Shown here in pieces: positions 25,526-38,348 of a stretch of 64,000 nucleotides of DNA. The position numbers and the translations under genes are program-made. Source of the DNA: Basidiobolus meristosporus CBS 931.73 (lineage: Eukaryota; Fungi; Basidiobolomycota); contig MCFE01000081.1 in NCBI GenBank assembly GCA_002104905.1, positions 116,028 through 180,027 of the forward strand. Reading direction: 5' to 3'. The stretch's first letter is position 1. The number at the start of each line of letters is the position of its first letter. The notes under the pieces are model-generated. The model had not been told where the DNA came from. It ran no database searches and worked only from the letters and a program-made list of their open reading frames with translations.

Positions 25526-26394
25526 ATCCAAAGGTTGCACCTCAAGTCAATCCGTTCTATATCATTACAATTTCAGTCAACTGGGAACCCCAAGAAATGA
25601 CCATTTAGTAGGTAGCATGCTTTTACTTTATCAATAATACTGTACTGTGGAACATAGTTGATGGAATTTACATTTAAGCAAGTGTATGACCTTGAAATTG
25701 AAACAGTATCAGATTTCCTTGTGAATTAGCTATACCAGAATTATTGCTCGCAACAACAACAACAATAGCGAGTGCTGCAATCATAATTTTTGAATCCAGA
25801 TGTACTGTGGAATTGTAATTCCGTGAGATTAACCGCAAGTTCACTGTAAAATATAATTCCCTACTTAGCGCTAGAGCGGCACTAGTGAAAACCTAAACAA
25901 TACTGCTGTCAATAAGCCTACTCAAGGGGGAGCTGGCTGGTAAAACTTGTCGAATTATATTGTTGTGTGTAGGCAGGAATAAGAATAAGAGTCGATACTT
26001 ATCAATTCAACCCCAGCTCTATGGGAGAGAAACGAGCAACATCTACAGAGAATTGACTCCGCGCACTCTTATGTGCAAATTGCTTTCCTTGCCCTACCAC
26101 TGTACCTGTGCGAATGTTGAATTTAACTATATATATCTGGCTGACGCTATAGAGTAAGTCTAACCGATGATATAGCACGTTTGGGTTTGAATCCTTCACA
26201 GTCCATATGAGAAACCAGTTGGAGCTCACGTTAGACGCTATGCTATACTACGATCCTTGCCTAATTAATTCAAATTTAGTTACACTCTATCGCAAACACC
26301 TGAGAAAATCATATTTGCTAGAGAAGGCTAAGTGCTATAAAAGGTATCGATTCAGAGTCGATGATGAGCATTATACCAGCGGTCTCAACACATC

Positions 26395-27261
26395 ATGAAA
26401 GTACTAGCTTGCTTAGCCTCACTGTGTATCTTAAGCTCCGTGTCAGGCCACATGGAGATTCAGTCACCGGCCCCTCGTAAATCTACCTTCAGCAAGTACT
26501 ATCAGTCAATTAGGGATATTGACTATGATATGAATGGTCCGCTAGGCGTATTCCCTTGTAAGGGATATAAACCAGGGCATGTTGAATACACCTACAACGC
26601 TGGTGATACTGTGCAAGTCCAGTTTGCTCCCGGAAATACCCATGATGGTGGGCATTGTCAATTTGCCCTCTCTTATGATAATGATCAGACATTTGTTGTG
26701 TTAAAGACAGTCGTTCGCGACTGCTTCAAGAATGGTCTCACTTTTGACGTACCAATCCCTGCCAATGCTCCTCCTAGTAAACGGGCCACCCTAGCATGGA
26801 CATGGGTTAATGCCGAAGGTAATAGGGAATACTACATGAACTGCGTTGATATTACAATTAATGGTGGAGTCCCTGGTGGAAAGGTCACTGGTCCGAAGCT
26901 CATGGTAGCAAACCTTCCTGGCTATCCCACCATTCCTGAATTTGCTCTTGGTAAAGGTGATGGCCACCAGTTGCTTGACAATCGCCCTATTATTACAGTT
27001 GGTGCTACAGATAGCGGATCAACCCCAGAGCCTACCACCACTTCTACAACTAAGCCTTCTGCAACAACTTCAGCCACACCAACCGCCACCAATAATCCGG
27101 GCAGCGGCTTATGTACTGGTGTAGCAGTATGGACGGCCAATTCAGCATATAGTGCTGATCAAAAAACCACGTATAATGGTCATCTTTGGCAAGCCAAATG
27201 GTGGACCCAGAATGAAACTCCAGGCAAGCAAGGAGTCTGGACCGACCTGGGAGTCTGTTAA
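26395..27261 (+). CDS. Secreted AA11-like lytic polysaccharide monooxygenase with C-terminal CBM5/12 chitin-binding domain
   Basis: Signal peptide followed by N-terminal His (VSG|HMEI), NTHDGGHCQF, LAWTWVNAEGNREYYMNC, T/P linker, YNGHLWQAKWWTQNETPG; intronless. Confidence 0.85.
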   Translation: MKVLACLASLCILSSVSGHMEIQSPAPRKSTFSKYYQSIRDIDYDMNGPLGVFPCKGYKPGHVEYTYNAGDTVQVQFAPGNTHDGGHCQFALSYDNDQTFVVLKTVVRDCFKNGLTFDVPIPANAPPSKRATLAWTWVNAEGNREYYMNCVDITINGGVPGGKVTGPKLMVANLPGYPTIPEFALGKGDGHQLLDNRPIITVGATDSGSTPEPTTTSTTKPSATTSATPTATNNPGSGLCTGVAVWTANSAYSADQKTTYNGHLWQAKWWTQNETPGKQGVWTDLGVC

Positions 27262-27507
27262 ACTTGATATAAGAGACAAAGTGAACCAACAGTATTCTCT
27301 CGAATAAAGCGATACTTCAAAAATACGTATGCGAAGTTGGGATATATTGTGTAACCATACATATATATACCACTAGTAAGGAAAATCATGTTGCACAAAA
27401 GTTTACGAATCGTTGAACACTTGACTAGACAACCCCCATTGCATATGCATTACTGATTGGTAAATATAGGATCTAATGCTGTCTTACTACAAACAACAGC
27501 GGGGATT

Positions 27508-28963
27508 TTATTCAGACCATACTTTGACGTAGTCAATTGCGAGTGCTCTGTACTCATCATCTGGCCACGTCTTAAGCCACTCATCTTTAGCAAGCCAGAA
27601 CTCCTTTGCTGCTACAGGAGACTGGTTTGACCAAGGTTTGGTTGGGTGCTCGGGGAAATAGCCATTTACTCCACCAACAGCGACATTGAAGATAAGATAG
27701 AATTCTTGATCGAATGGCGCATCATTTCCTCTACCCTCCCAGGGATTGTTGAAATCCGAAGGGAAATTGCCACGTTGCCAGAAAGATTCCTTGATGGGAA
27801 CTTCCAGAACCTGGTTATTGTCCACGCTGGTTTTGATGGAAGTAGAATCCCATTCTAGAGTAAATATGTGGAAATCCTGGCTGAAATCAGCATCGCCTGG
27901 TAATGTGTACTTTGCGGTCGTCTTCAAGTATTGGTTGTAGACGCTCGAAGGTCCTGAAAATCATTAGCCATTGTTGATTTACACGCATGCAGTCTTTAAA
28001 CGTACCCCAGTGTAATGTTGATGAAATCGTATTTAAGCCATCAGGGTAACCACCCGCGTTTCCACGTGACTCGACAATATCAATTTCACCTGATGCTGGC
28101 CAAGGCCCGTATTGTTCATATTTGGGCAGCATCCAAATGGCCTGCGGAGATCAGCATTAATGACGTATCCATTTCTGGCAAATTCAAATTCAAACCTACT
28201 GGCCTAAACAAAAATGTCAGCATAGATTGAGGTACGAGATGATGATATAACCCAATACCAAATCCAATCACCACGTGGCAATCTAGCGCGAATCTCGACC
28301 TTCCCATATTTCAAATTCATGGAATTGTACGAGCGAACAAGTGCGGATTGTATGGGATTGAGTATACTGTTTCCATTACTTGAGCGCTTGCACCCGTAGA
28401 AGGCATTTCCTAAGTAACACTGTCAAACCAAATCCCCACCGACGTTGCTAGCATGATGGAAACGTACCAGTACAAGCATTAGCAGGATCAGAGCCCCTTC
28501 AATAACAATCGATTAGGATATCGTAATAGTCATGATTAAACAACGTTTTTACCATAGATCAATAGTACCGCCGTTCATTACAGCAGCCTCGCCGATTCTG
28601 TCAGCTGTCAAAGTAGGCTTGATATAGAGAACACCATCTTCAACATACGAGTTGCTACGATTGTTGTAATAATACTCGAACTCCCAGTTCCTGAGCAATA
28701 TCCATTTAGTGGGATTTCTTGACAAGATTCTGGTGAAACCTACCCGCCACCGCTCAAGGTAATATCGTGCTAATAAAAGAATTAGTTACAAAGCAGCAAA
28801 CTATCAATCAAAACTAACGTACCCTCCAGACACTCACATCAAAAGTGTCAAAATCATCCTGGAAGACTAATTGCCGGGCGGCTATTACTTGCGCAAAAGC
28901 TAACAGCAGTAAAAAAGCCAAAAACCCTGCTGGGCGAAGAAGCACAGGGGATCGTGAAAACAT
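27508..28963 (-). CDS. Secreted GH16 beta-1,3-glucanase (GNBP/betaGRP-like subfamily), multi-exon
   Basis: Signal peptide, LVFQDDFDTFD, WEFEYYYNNRSNSYV, WPASGEIDIVESRGN (ExDxxE intact), APFDQEFYLIFNVAVGG. Confidence 0.9.
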
Positions 28964-29487
28964 GTCTGTGTGGCAACAAATTGACCTTTATTAATCTTTA
29001 TATAAAAGCTCGCTGAAAAAAGAAATTCAAGGGCCTCTAGAGTTGGAAGATACCGTGTGTGACCCTGTCAATTGAAAAAGGAATATCTTCCACTTGTCTC
29101 GAATGCCGATGCCTCTCAAGGATGGCACCCAATCACCAGCGTAACAATTTGTAGCCACGATCGATTAAAAGGCTTGAGCAATCTATTATGGCAAAAGCGT
29201 AGGGTATGGATCGAGTATGGATCATCGTTATCACCAACCTTCTCCTGCGATTGTCATTGCCGTGAAGCTTTTCGCACGCTTTTGGTAATCCGTGATATAT
29301 ATGTCATAGATACAGATTTGCTTCAGGCGTGGAGCGTCCAATTTTGTATTTATCATATATGCATTGAACATCTAATTTTGTATTTATCAAGATACCCGTA
29401 ACCATTTTTTTTACTCCTCGATCTGTGCGCTGTAGATCGGCGTATATAAGGATTGACTTTACTCTGTGGTTGATTCTTGAGTGAAGA

Positions 29488-32400
29488 ATGCGTGTCAGTT
29501 GGTTCCAGAACTACAGAGCCGCGCTGATTGCTGCCTCTCTGTCTGCGTTGCACGCAGAGGCTTCCTACAAACTGGTATTTGAAGATAACTTCAATACATT
29601 CGACTTGAGCCGATGGAAGGTGAATATTGTGCTGTTTACGCGTATTTAAAGTATCAAGCTAACGTTTTTCTGAAGCACGATATCACCTTGAGCGGTGGAA
29701 GGTAGTTCTACACTTGTCATTGCTCTATTGCATGTTGATTCACCAGGTGTTACCTAGCAATTGGGAGTTTGAGTACTATTATAACAACCGCTCTAACTCG
29801 TACGTGAAGGATGGAGTCCTCTACATCAAGCCCACTTTTACTGCCGACAGAATTGGTGAAGCTGCAGTCATGGATGGTGGGGAAATCGATCTTTGGTAAG
29901 TTCACATCGAAATGTTAGCCGCCTTTTTTCTGAATACTGACCTCATCTCACAGGGGCACGGTGCCTGCCGATGTTTGTACGGGTAAATACTTATCAGATA
30001 TACCTTAAAGTGGCTAGGCTCTAACTGTAACCCAAAAAGGAAACGAGGACTATGGGTGTCTGCGCGCGAGTAACGGGCAGAATATTCTAAACCCAATTCA
30101 GTCTGCGCTTGTTCGTTCATACGAGTCTATCAATGTACAATACGGTAAAGTCGAGATTCGAGCCAGATTGCCGCGTGGTGATTGGATATGGTACTCAAAT
30201 GTCATAGCCGAATTTCTGGAAGTGTTTTACTAATGCTTTTGATTTCAGGCCGGTAAAGTGAAATGTTGTTGAACACTGCGAATGTAGCATTTATTAACTC
30301 CAGAATAGGCCATCTGGATGTTACCCAAGTCCGAGCAATATGGTCCTTGGCCCGCTTCTGGTGAAATCGATATTGTTGAATCCCGTGGAAACCTGGGTAA
30401 TTACCCAAATGGGCTAAACACAATGTCATCGACGTTGCACTGGGGTATCTGTTTTACTATACGCATAACTGCATACCGCATAGAGCTAATCTTTAAAAAT
30501 ACGAATTGTAAGGCCCTTCTTATCAATACGATAGATATCAGAAGACCACTGCATCCTATAGGTTACCGGGAAATGCTGATTTTAGTCAGGACTTCCATAT
30601 TTTTACTCTCGAGTGGAATAGTAACACCATCAAAACAAGTGTGGATAACACAACCGTCTTGGAAGTCGCGTTTGACGAGCCCTTATGGGAAAAAGGCGAT
30701 TTTCCAGAAGGATTAAACAATCCTTGGGCCTCAGGGGGTAAAAATGCTCCATTTGACAAAGAGTTTTATCTTATATTTAATGTTGCTGTTGGTGGAGTAA
30801 ATGGATACTTCCCAGACCACCCTGACAAGCCATGGTCAAATACTTCCCCAACAGCACCTGAGGAGTTTTGGGAAAGAAGGAATGAGTGGATGGGAACTTG
30901 GCCGGACAACGAATACAGAGCGATGGCTATAGACTACGTCAAAGTTTGGTCAGATACAGCTGATCAAACCGACAAGAGCACGGCAACAAGTCAGCATAAA
31001 ACCAAGTCAACAGAATCTGCGCAAAGCAAAGGCAACAAGGCCAAGAGTGCACACTTAACAACAACAAAGCCCCCTTCCAGTGAGCACAACACCATAAAGA
31101 GCTCTCACCCGGCTAAGTCAACCGAGTCTCACTCAAGCAAGCATACTACTGTGAAGAGCGAACACTCAGTCAACCCAACAGAGTCTCACTCGAGCGAGCA
31201 CACTACTAAGAAGAGCGAACACCCGGTTAAGCCAACTGAGTCTCACTCCAGTGAGCACACTACTGCGAAGAGCGAACACTCAGCCAAGCCAACTAAGTCT
31301 CACTCAGTCGAGCACACCACTGTCAAAAGTGAACACTCGGTCAAGCCAACAGAGTCTCACTCGAGCGAGCACACTACTAAGAAGAGCGAACACTCGGTCA
31401 AGCCAACCAAGTCACATTCCAGCGAGCACACCACCATGAAGAGCGAACACCCGGTGAAGCCAATTAAATCTCACTCAAGCAAGCACACTACCGAGAAGAG
31501 CGAACACTCGGTCAAGCCAACTGAGTCTCACTCAAGCAAGCACACCACCATGAAGAGCGAGCACTCGGTCAAGCCAACTGAGTCTCACTCCACCAAGCAC
31601 ACTACTGAGAAGAGTGAACACTCAGTCAAGCCAGCTGAGTCTCACTTGAGCGTGCACACTACTGAGAAGAGTGAAAACTCGGTCAAGCCAACTGAGTCTC
31701 ATTCCAGTGAACACACTACTGCGAAGAGCGAACACTCAGTCAAGTCAACTGAGTCTCACTACAGCAAGCACACTACCGAGAAGAGTGACAACTCAGTCAA
31801 GCCAACTGAGTCTCATTCCACTGAGCACACTACTGCGAAGAGTGAACACTCGGTCAAGCCAACTGAGTCTCATCCCAGCAAGCACACTTCTGCGAAGAGT
31901 GGCCACTCGGTCAAGCCCACTGAGTCTCACTCCAGCGAGCACACAAGCATCAAGAGCGAACACTCGGTGAAGCCAACTGAATCTCACTCAAGCAAGCACA
32001 CTACCGAGAAGAGTAACCACTCAGTCAAGCCCACTGAGTCTCATTCCAGTGAACAAACTAGTGAGAAGAGCGAACGCTCGGTCAAGACAACTGAGTCTCA
32101 CGCAACCGAACACACTACCCAGAAGAGTGAACACTCGGTCAAGCCAACCAAGTCTCATTCCAGTGAGCACTCGGTCAAGACAACTGAGTCTCACTCGAGC
32201 GAGCACACCACCATGAAGAGCGAACACTCGGCCAAGCCAACTGAGTCTCACTCAAGCGAGCACACCACCATGAAGAGCGAACACTCGGCCAAGCGAACTG
32301 AGGCTCACTCAAGCGAGCACGCCACCATGAATAGTGAACACTCGATCAAGCCAACTGAGTCTCACTCCAGCGAGCACACCGCCATGAATAGTGAACACTC

Positions 32401-35400
32401 GATCAAGCCAACTGAGTCTCACTCAAGCGAGCACACCACCATGAACAGTGAACACTCGGCCAAGCCAACTGAGTCTCACTCAAGCGAGCACACCACCATG
32501 AAGAGTGAACACTCGGCCAAGCCAACTGAGGCTCACTCAAGCGAGCATGCTACCGAGAAGAGTGAACACTCGGCCAAGCCAACTGAGTCTCACTCGAGCG
32601 AGCACACCACCGTGAAGAGCGAACACTCGGTCAAGCCAACTGAGTCTCACTCAAGCGAGCACACCACCATGAAGAGTGAACACTCGGTCAAGCCAACTGA
32701 GTCTCACTCGAGCGAGCACACCACCTTGAAGAGTGTACACTCGGTCAAGCCAACTGAGTCTCACTCGAGCGAGCACACCACCATGAAGAGCGAACACTCG
32801 GTCAAGCCAACTGAGTCTCACTCGAGCGAGCACACCACCATGAATAGTGAACACTCGATCAAGCCAACTGAGTCTCACTCAAGCGAGCACGCCACCATGA
32901 AGAGCGAACACTCGGCCAAGCCAACTGAGGCTCACTCAAGCGAGCATACTACCGAGAAGAGTGAACACTCAGCCAAGCCAACTGAGTCTCACTCGAGCGA
33001 GCGCACCACCGTGAAGAGCGAACACTCGGTCAAGCCAACTGAGTCTCACTCAAGCGAGCACACCACCATGAAGAGTGAACACTCGGCCAAGCCAACTGAG
33101 TCTCACTCAAGCGAGCACGCCACCATGAAGAGCGAACACTCGGTCAAGCCAACTGAGGCTCACTCCAGCGAGCACACCACCATGAATAGTGAACACTCGA
33201 TCAAGCCAACTGAGTCTCACTCAAGCGAGCACACCACCATGAAGAGTGAACACTCGGTCAAGCCAACTGAGTCTCACTCGAGCGAGCACACCACCATGAA
33301 GAGCGAACACTCGGCCAAGCCAACTGAGTCTCACTCGAGCGAGCACACCACCATGAATAGTGAACACTCGATCAAGCCAACTGAGTCTCACTCCAGCGAG
33401 CACACCGCCATGAATGGTGAACACTCGATCAAGCCAACTGAGTCTCACTCAAGCGAGCACACCACCATGAACAGTGGAACACTCGGCCACGCCAACTGAG
33501 TCTCACTCAAGCGAGCACACCACCATGAAGAGTGAACACTCGGCCAAGCCAACTGAGGCTCACTCAAGCGAGCACACCACCATGAAGAGTGAACACTCGG
33601 CCAAGCCAACTGAGTCTCACTCGAGCGAGCACACCACCGTGAAGAGCGAACACTCGGTCAAGCCAACTGAGTCTCACTCAAGCGAGCACACCACCATGAA
33701 GAGTGAACACTCGGTCAAGCCAACTGAGGCTCACTCAAGCGAGCACGCCACCATGAACAGTGAACACTCGGCCAAGCCAACTGAGTCTCACTCAAGCGAG
33801 CATGCTACCGAGAAGAGTGAACACTCGGCCAAGCCAACTGAGTCTCACTCAAGCGAGCACACCACCATGAAGAGTGAACACTCGGTCAAGCCAACTGAGT
33901 CTTACTCCAGCGAGCACACCACCGTGAAGAGCGAACACTCGGTCAAGCCAACTGAGTCTCACTCAAGCGAGCACACCACCATGAAGAGTGAACACTCGGT
34001 CAAGCCAACTGAGGCTCACTCAAGCGAGCACACCAATATGAAGAGTGAACACTCGGCCAAGCCAACTGAGTCTCACTCAAGCGAGCACACCACCATGAAG
34101 AGTGAACACTCGGCCAAGCCAACTGAGTCTCACTCGAGCGAGCACACCACCATGAAGAGTGAACACTCGGTCAAGCCAACTGAGGCTCACTCAAGCGAGC
34201 ACACCACCATGAAGAGTGAACACTCGGCCAAGCCAACTGAGTCTCACTCGAGCGAGCACACCACCATGAACAGTGAACACTCGGCCAAGCCAACTGAGTC
34301 TCACTCGAGCGAGCACACCACCATGAAGAGTGTACACTCGGTCAAGCCAACTGAGTCTCACTCAAGCGAGCACACCACCATGAAGAGTGAACACTCGGCC
34401 AAGCCAACTGAGTCTCACTCGAGCGAGCACACCACCGTGAAGAGCGAACACTCGGCCAAGCCAACTGAGTCTCACTCAAGCGAGCACACCGCCATGAAGA
34501 GTGAACACTCGGTCAAGCCAACTGAGGCTCACTCAAGCGAGCACGCCACCATGAACAGTGAACACTCGGCCAAGCCAACTGAGTCTCACTCAAGCGAGCA
34601 TGCTACCGAGAAGAGTGAACACTCGGCCAAGCCAACTGAGTCTCACTCAAGCGAGCACACCACCATGAAGAGTGAACACTCGGTCAAGCCAACTGAGTCT
34701 CTACTCCAGCGAGCACACCACCGTGAAGAGCGAACACTCGGTCCAAGCCAACTGAGTCTCACTCAAGCGAGCACACCACCATGAAGAGTGAACACTCGGT
34801 CAAGCCAACTGAGGCTCACTCAAGCGAGCACACCACCATATGAAGAGTGAACACTCGGCCAAGCCAACTGAGTCTCACTCGAGCGAGCACACCACCATGA
34901 AGAGTGAACACTCGGTCAAGCCAACTGAGGCTCACTCAAGCGAGCACACCACCATGAAGAGTGAACACTCGGCCAAGCCAACTGAGTCTCACTCGAGCGA
35001 GCACACCACCATGAACAGTGAACACTCGGCCAAGCCAACTGAGTCTCACTCGAGCGAGCACACCACCATGAAGAGTGTACACTCGGTCAAGCCAACTGAG
35101 TCTCACTCAAGCGAGCACACCACCATGAAGAGTGAACACTCGGCCAAGCCAACTGAGTCTCACTCGAGCGAGCACACTACCGTGAAGAGCGAACACTCGG
35201 CCAAGCCAACTGAGTCTCACTCAAGCGAGCACACCGCCATGAAGAGTGAACACTCGGTCAAGCCAACTGAGGCTCACTCGAGCGAGCACACCACCGTGAA
35301 GAGTGTACACTCGGTCAAGCCAACTGAGTCTCACTCGAGCGAGCATACTACTGAGAAGAGTGAACACTCGGCCAAGCCAACTGAGGCTCACTCAAGCGAG

Positions 35401-37038
35401 CACAGCACTATGAAGAGTGAACACTCGGTCAAGCCAACCGAGGCTCATTCCAGTGAGCATACCACTGTGAAGAGCGAACACTCGGTGAAGCCAACTCAGT
35501 CTCACACAACCGAGCGTACTAATGAGAAGAGCGAACACTCCGTCAAGACAACTGAATCTCACTCAAGAAAGCACACTAACGAGAAGAGTGAACACTCGGT
35601 CAAGCCAACTGAGTCTCACTCGAGCGTGCACACTACGGAGAAGGGCGAATACTCGGTCAAGTCAACTGAGTCTCACCCAAGCGAGCACGCCACCATGAAG
35701 AGCGAACACTTCGTCAAGCCAACTGAATCTCACTCCAGGAAGCGCACTGCCCAGACGAGTGAACACTCGGTCAAGCCAACCGAGTCTCACTCAAGCAAGC
35801 ATACTACCGTGAAGAGCGAGCACTCGGTCAGGTCAACTGAGTCTCATTCGAGCGAGCAAACCACCGTGAAGAGTGAGCACTCGGTCAAGCCTACTGAGTC
35901 TCATTCCAGCGAGCACACTACTGAGAAGGGCGAACACTCCGCCAAGCCAACTGAGTCTCAATCAAGCGAGCATACTGCCGTGAAGAGTGAATACTCGGTC
36001 AAGTCAAACGAGCCTCACTCGAGCGAGCACACCACCGTGAAGAGCGAACACTCGGTCAAGCCAACTGAGTCCCATTTAAGCGAGCATACTGCCGTCAAGA
36101 GTGAGCATTTAGCTAAGCCAACAGAATCAAGAGAGCGCGCTACCATGAAGAGTGAAAGCTCGATCAAGCCTACTGAGTCTCATTCCGGCGAGCGCACTAC
36201 GGTGAAGAGCCTGCCCTCGTTCCCGCCAGTTGAGTCTCATCCCAGCGAGCCCTCTGCTGTTAAGAGTGGGCATCCAACCAAAGCTACTGAGGCGCATTCA
36301 GTCGAGCATACTACTGTAGTGAGTGAATATTCCTCAAAACCATCGGAATCCCATACCAGTGAACGTGCTATGGCTAAGAGTGAACACCCAACTAAGGCAA
36401 CTGAGTCTCCTTCCAGTGGGCACACTGCGGTGAAGGTGGAGCATTCTGCAAAGCCTGCTCAATCCCATTCTGCCGAACATGTCACCATGCGGAGCGAACG
36501 CCCCACTATGATGCATAAAGCCTCGGAGAGTCAGCACTCTTCTAGGACAGTTGGGTCCCATTCTATTGCGCGTGGTGCCTCCATGGACGAGCCTTTGACT
36601 AAGGCGGAGATGTCTCAAACCAGTGTACATAATATTTACAAGAGCGGAGGCTTAACCAAACCAACAGAGTCTCTTTCTAGCGAACACATTGTCACCCACA
36701 GCCAGTATCCGACTAAGCCAGCGGTGTCTCTTTCAAGCCACCTTCAAGTCTCTTCAACCAGTCGCTCATCAATCACGCCAATTGAACCAAATTGGTGCTT
36801 GAATTATACAGTTACTGTGACAAAAACCGTTACTGTGAGTACAGCTTCAACTACTGTCGCTGCGACTGCCACTGCTGCTGGATGTATTGATGGCCAGCAT
36901 ACTTGCATTGACTCGGGGCTTTCAAATAAGTTTACTATTTGCTCAAACAACAACTTGGTGCATCAAGAATGTGCCCCAGGTACAGTTTGTCGTACCTTCA
37001 TGGACTCGATCATATGTGACTGGCCTTACGAAGATTAG
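29488..37038 (+). CDS. Giant secreted GH16 glucanase - His/Ser/Thr-rich tandem repeat - CBM19-like protein (apparent frameshifts inside the repeat)
   Basis: Signal peptide and GH16 exons with intact EIDIVE; in-frame 19-aa repeats; C-terminal CIDGQHTC...CSNNNLVHQECAPGTVC...CDW; single-base insertions near 33476, 34702 and 34743, and a 2-bp insertion near 34838. Confidence 0.8.
31110..36480 (+). repeat. Coding minisatellite, 57-bp unit (KSEHSVKPTESHSSEHTTM), roughly 90 units, degenerate at both ends
   Basis: Recurrent AAGAGTGAACACTCGGTCAAGCCAACTGAGTCTCACTCAAGCGAGCACACCACCATG. Confidence 0.97.
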
Positions 37039-37368
37039 TAACTATTAGACTCCAAATATCAATGAAATAGAGGTTAAATAAAGTATATTTTGAACTACCA
37101 TCCAGATATTATGGGGGAAATAGTAGTTTTTAATTGGTAACCATTTGATCTACACTGTAACGTGTGTTTATTACCAAGAAATACAATATCAGATACAAGT
37201 TGCAATTTGAATCTTTACATAATAATTATGTGTAGAAGAAATTTTAATTCTCCTCTTATTGCGATATCTTGGGAAAACTTATTCAAGAAACCGTACACAT
37301 TACAGACAGTTTGTTTGCGTTGTAAGAGATTTGGATATAGTGGAAGTGAATGGTAGGACAAGTAGATT

Positions 37369-38330
37369 ATGTTGAAAATTTTGTAATTACAACTAGACAT
37401 TCACATAAATTGGTCACTTGGATCATTACCTACAAATCGTAGAGAATTCTGAGCAAATTCCTTGTTGGAATTCACTTTGAATATTTTCACAAAAACTTCA
37501 TGTACCCAGCAAATGTGATTTCTCAAAGCTGCTCAAACAGCCCCAAACTTTGTAAACATGCTCTTGGGGCCTTCCTAAACATATTCTACATATGTGTATT
37601 GCCAATACCTTGTAAAAGAATCAACATACTTTTGTTGTAAAAATTCGTATTTCCACCTAAATATTCACCTAACTTAGTCACTTAGATCATCACCTTCAAA
37701 TCCTAGAGAATATTGACCAAACTCCTTGTCGGGATTTACTTAGAATATTTTCACCAAAATACCAGGTACCCAGAACATGAGAATTCTCAAAGTTGTCCAA
37801 ACAGCCCCAAACTTTGCACACATGTTCTTGGGACCTTCCTTAACCTATTCTACGTGTTTGCAATGCCAAGACCAGGTAAAAGTATAAATACTACTTTTAC
37901 ATTCAATAAATCATTAAGTGAAAACCACATAATCTACTTGTTCTCCAAATCACTTCCAATATCTCCAAGACTCTTACAACAACTTTTCCATTCAACAAGT
38001 CATTGAGTGAAAACCACATAATCTCCTTGTTCTCTGAATCACTACCAATATCTCAAGTGCTGTTACAACACATTATAAGCAAAAAGCTATAACTGTCTGG
38101 AATGTCTACTACTGCTATTACTGTAACTTTTCCCTCTGCTGAAAAAATGTATGGATCCAACTACCATATCTGGAAGGTGAAGATGTAGATGCTACTACAG
38201 GAACAAGACCTTTGGGCTATTTTTATGGGGAATAAATGCCCTCCAAAAGGTGTAGGGAAGCCATACAGTACCAGAAGAAAGTACAAAATGCTCTTAACTG
38301 CATTTGCCTTGAGCCTATTAATAGTAACTT
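37369..38330 (+). mobile_element. Old copia LTR with gag relic, interrupted by a younger solo LTR
   Basis: Degenerate LTR 37369-~38070 followed by a decayed PBS and gag (KMYGSNYHIWKVKM*). Confidence 0.75.
37633..37981 (+). mobile_element. Solo copia LTR (349 bp)
   Basis: TG...CA termini; TSD ACTTT at 37628-37632 and 37982-37986. Confidence 0.93.
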
Positions 38331-38348
38331 GGTCACACAGGTGGATCC

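Noticed and set aside
31110-36480. 57-bp repeat array as CRISPR or non-coding satellite
   Set aside because: No unique spacers; units are in frame with the GH16 exon and the host is eukaryotic
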